DNA of 63,547 bases, counting the filler, from Choristocarpus tenellus KU-1152 (taxonomy: Eukaryota > Protista > Phaeophyceae): assembly GCA_964200185.2 (NCBI GenBank). It is 16 parts of 16 records of this genome, joined end to end, with 100 filler letters (N's around TTAATTAATTAA, not from the genome) between each part and the next. Parts side by side here need not be neighbours in the genome. Positions count along the whole stretch, not along the records: positions 59,865 to 63,547 come from CAXNAD020018535.1; 15 more parts are not named here. The stretch is one strand, 5' to 3'. Positions 63,444-63,547 of this stretch are shown here, one piece after another (the stretch's first letter is position 1; every line of letters begins with the position of its first letter). Made by a program: the position numbers and the translations under genes. The notes beneath the pieces were generated by a model that was not told the DNA's origin, did not search any database, and saw only the letters and a list, made by a program, of their open reading frames with translations.

Positions 63444-63547
63444 GGCTCAAAGTATCTGGGGGGGAGGGGGTGGCGACTGTCCATTTGGGGTCAATTTTTT
63501 CATGTCGCGATTTTTGTGTGATTTGGTTGCATGCATCAGATGGATAC
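63444..63547. mobile_element. MITE family B running off the window end
   Basis: GGCTCAAAGTATCTGGGGGGAGGGGGTGGCGACTGTCCATTTGGGGTC. Confidence 0.9.

Noticed and set aside
1-63547. Fanzor/TnpB, DNA methyltransferase, rRNA or tRNA genes
   Set aside because: Looked for RuvC/Zn-finger (RD.NA), DPPY/FxGxG motifs and tRNA/rRNA signatures by eye and found none; decayed or split versions could have been missed.

Overview
This is not contiguous DNA. It is 16 short contigs of an intron-rich, repeat-rich eukaryotic draft genome, joined by an artificial 100-bp linker (44 N + TTAATTAATTAA + 44 N), so no synteny can be inferred across linkers. A Cys-rich extracellular module, TTAGGG tracts and the transposon content suggest a brown alga or close stramenopile relative (inference). 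Content: (i) fragments of spliced host genes (Gly/Gln-rich protein, RI-type LRR, MFS transporter, coiled-coil/Sfi1-like, IQ-motif, EF-hand-like, Cys-rich secreted module); (ii) decayed retroelements (two Ngaro/DIRS-type tyrosine-recombinase elements, several CRE-like RLE non-LTR pieces, two Copia relics) and a DD39D-type mariner relic; (iii) more than 25 copies of 6-7 related MITE families sharing the terminal stem G(A/G)(G/C)TCAAAGTA, with 3-bp target-site duplications. The most unusual item is an intron-containing gene encoding a ParB/Srx-fold (DGNHR) domain with a probable downstream helical/HTH region (57261-58289, minus strand), preceded by a repeat-structured AT-rich block. No rRNA, tRNA or CRISPR array was seen. 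All family assignments come from motifs read by eye; no database search was run.
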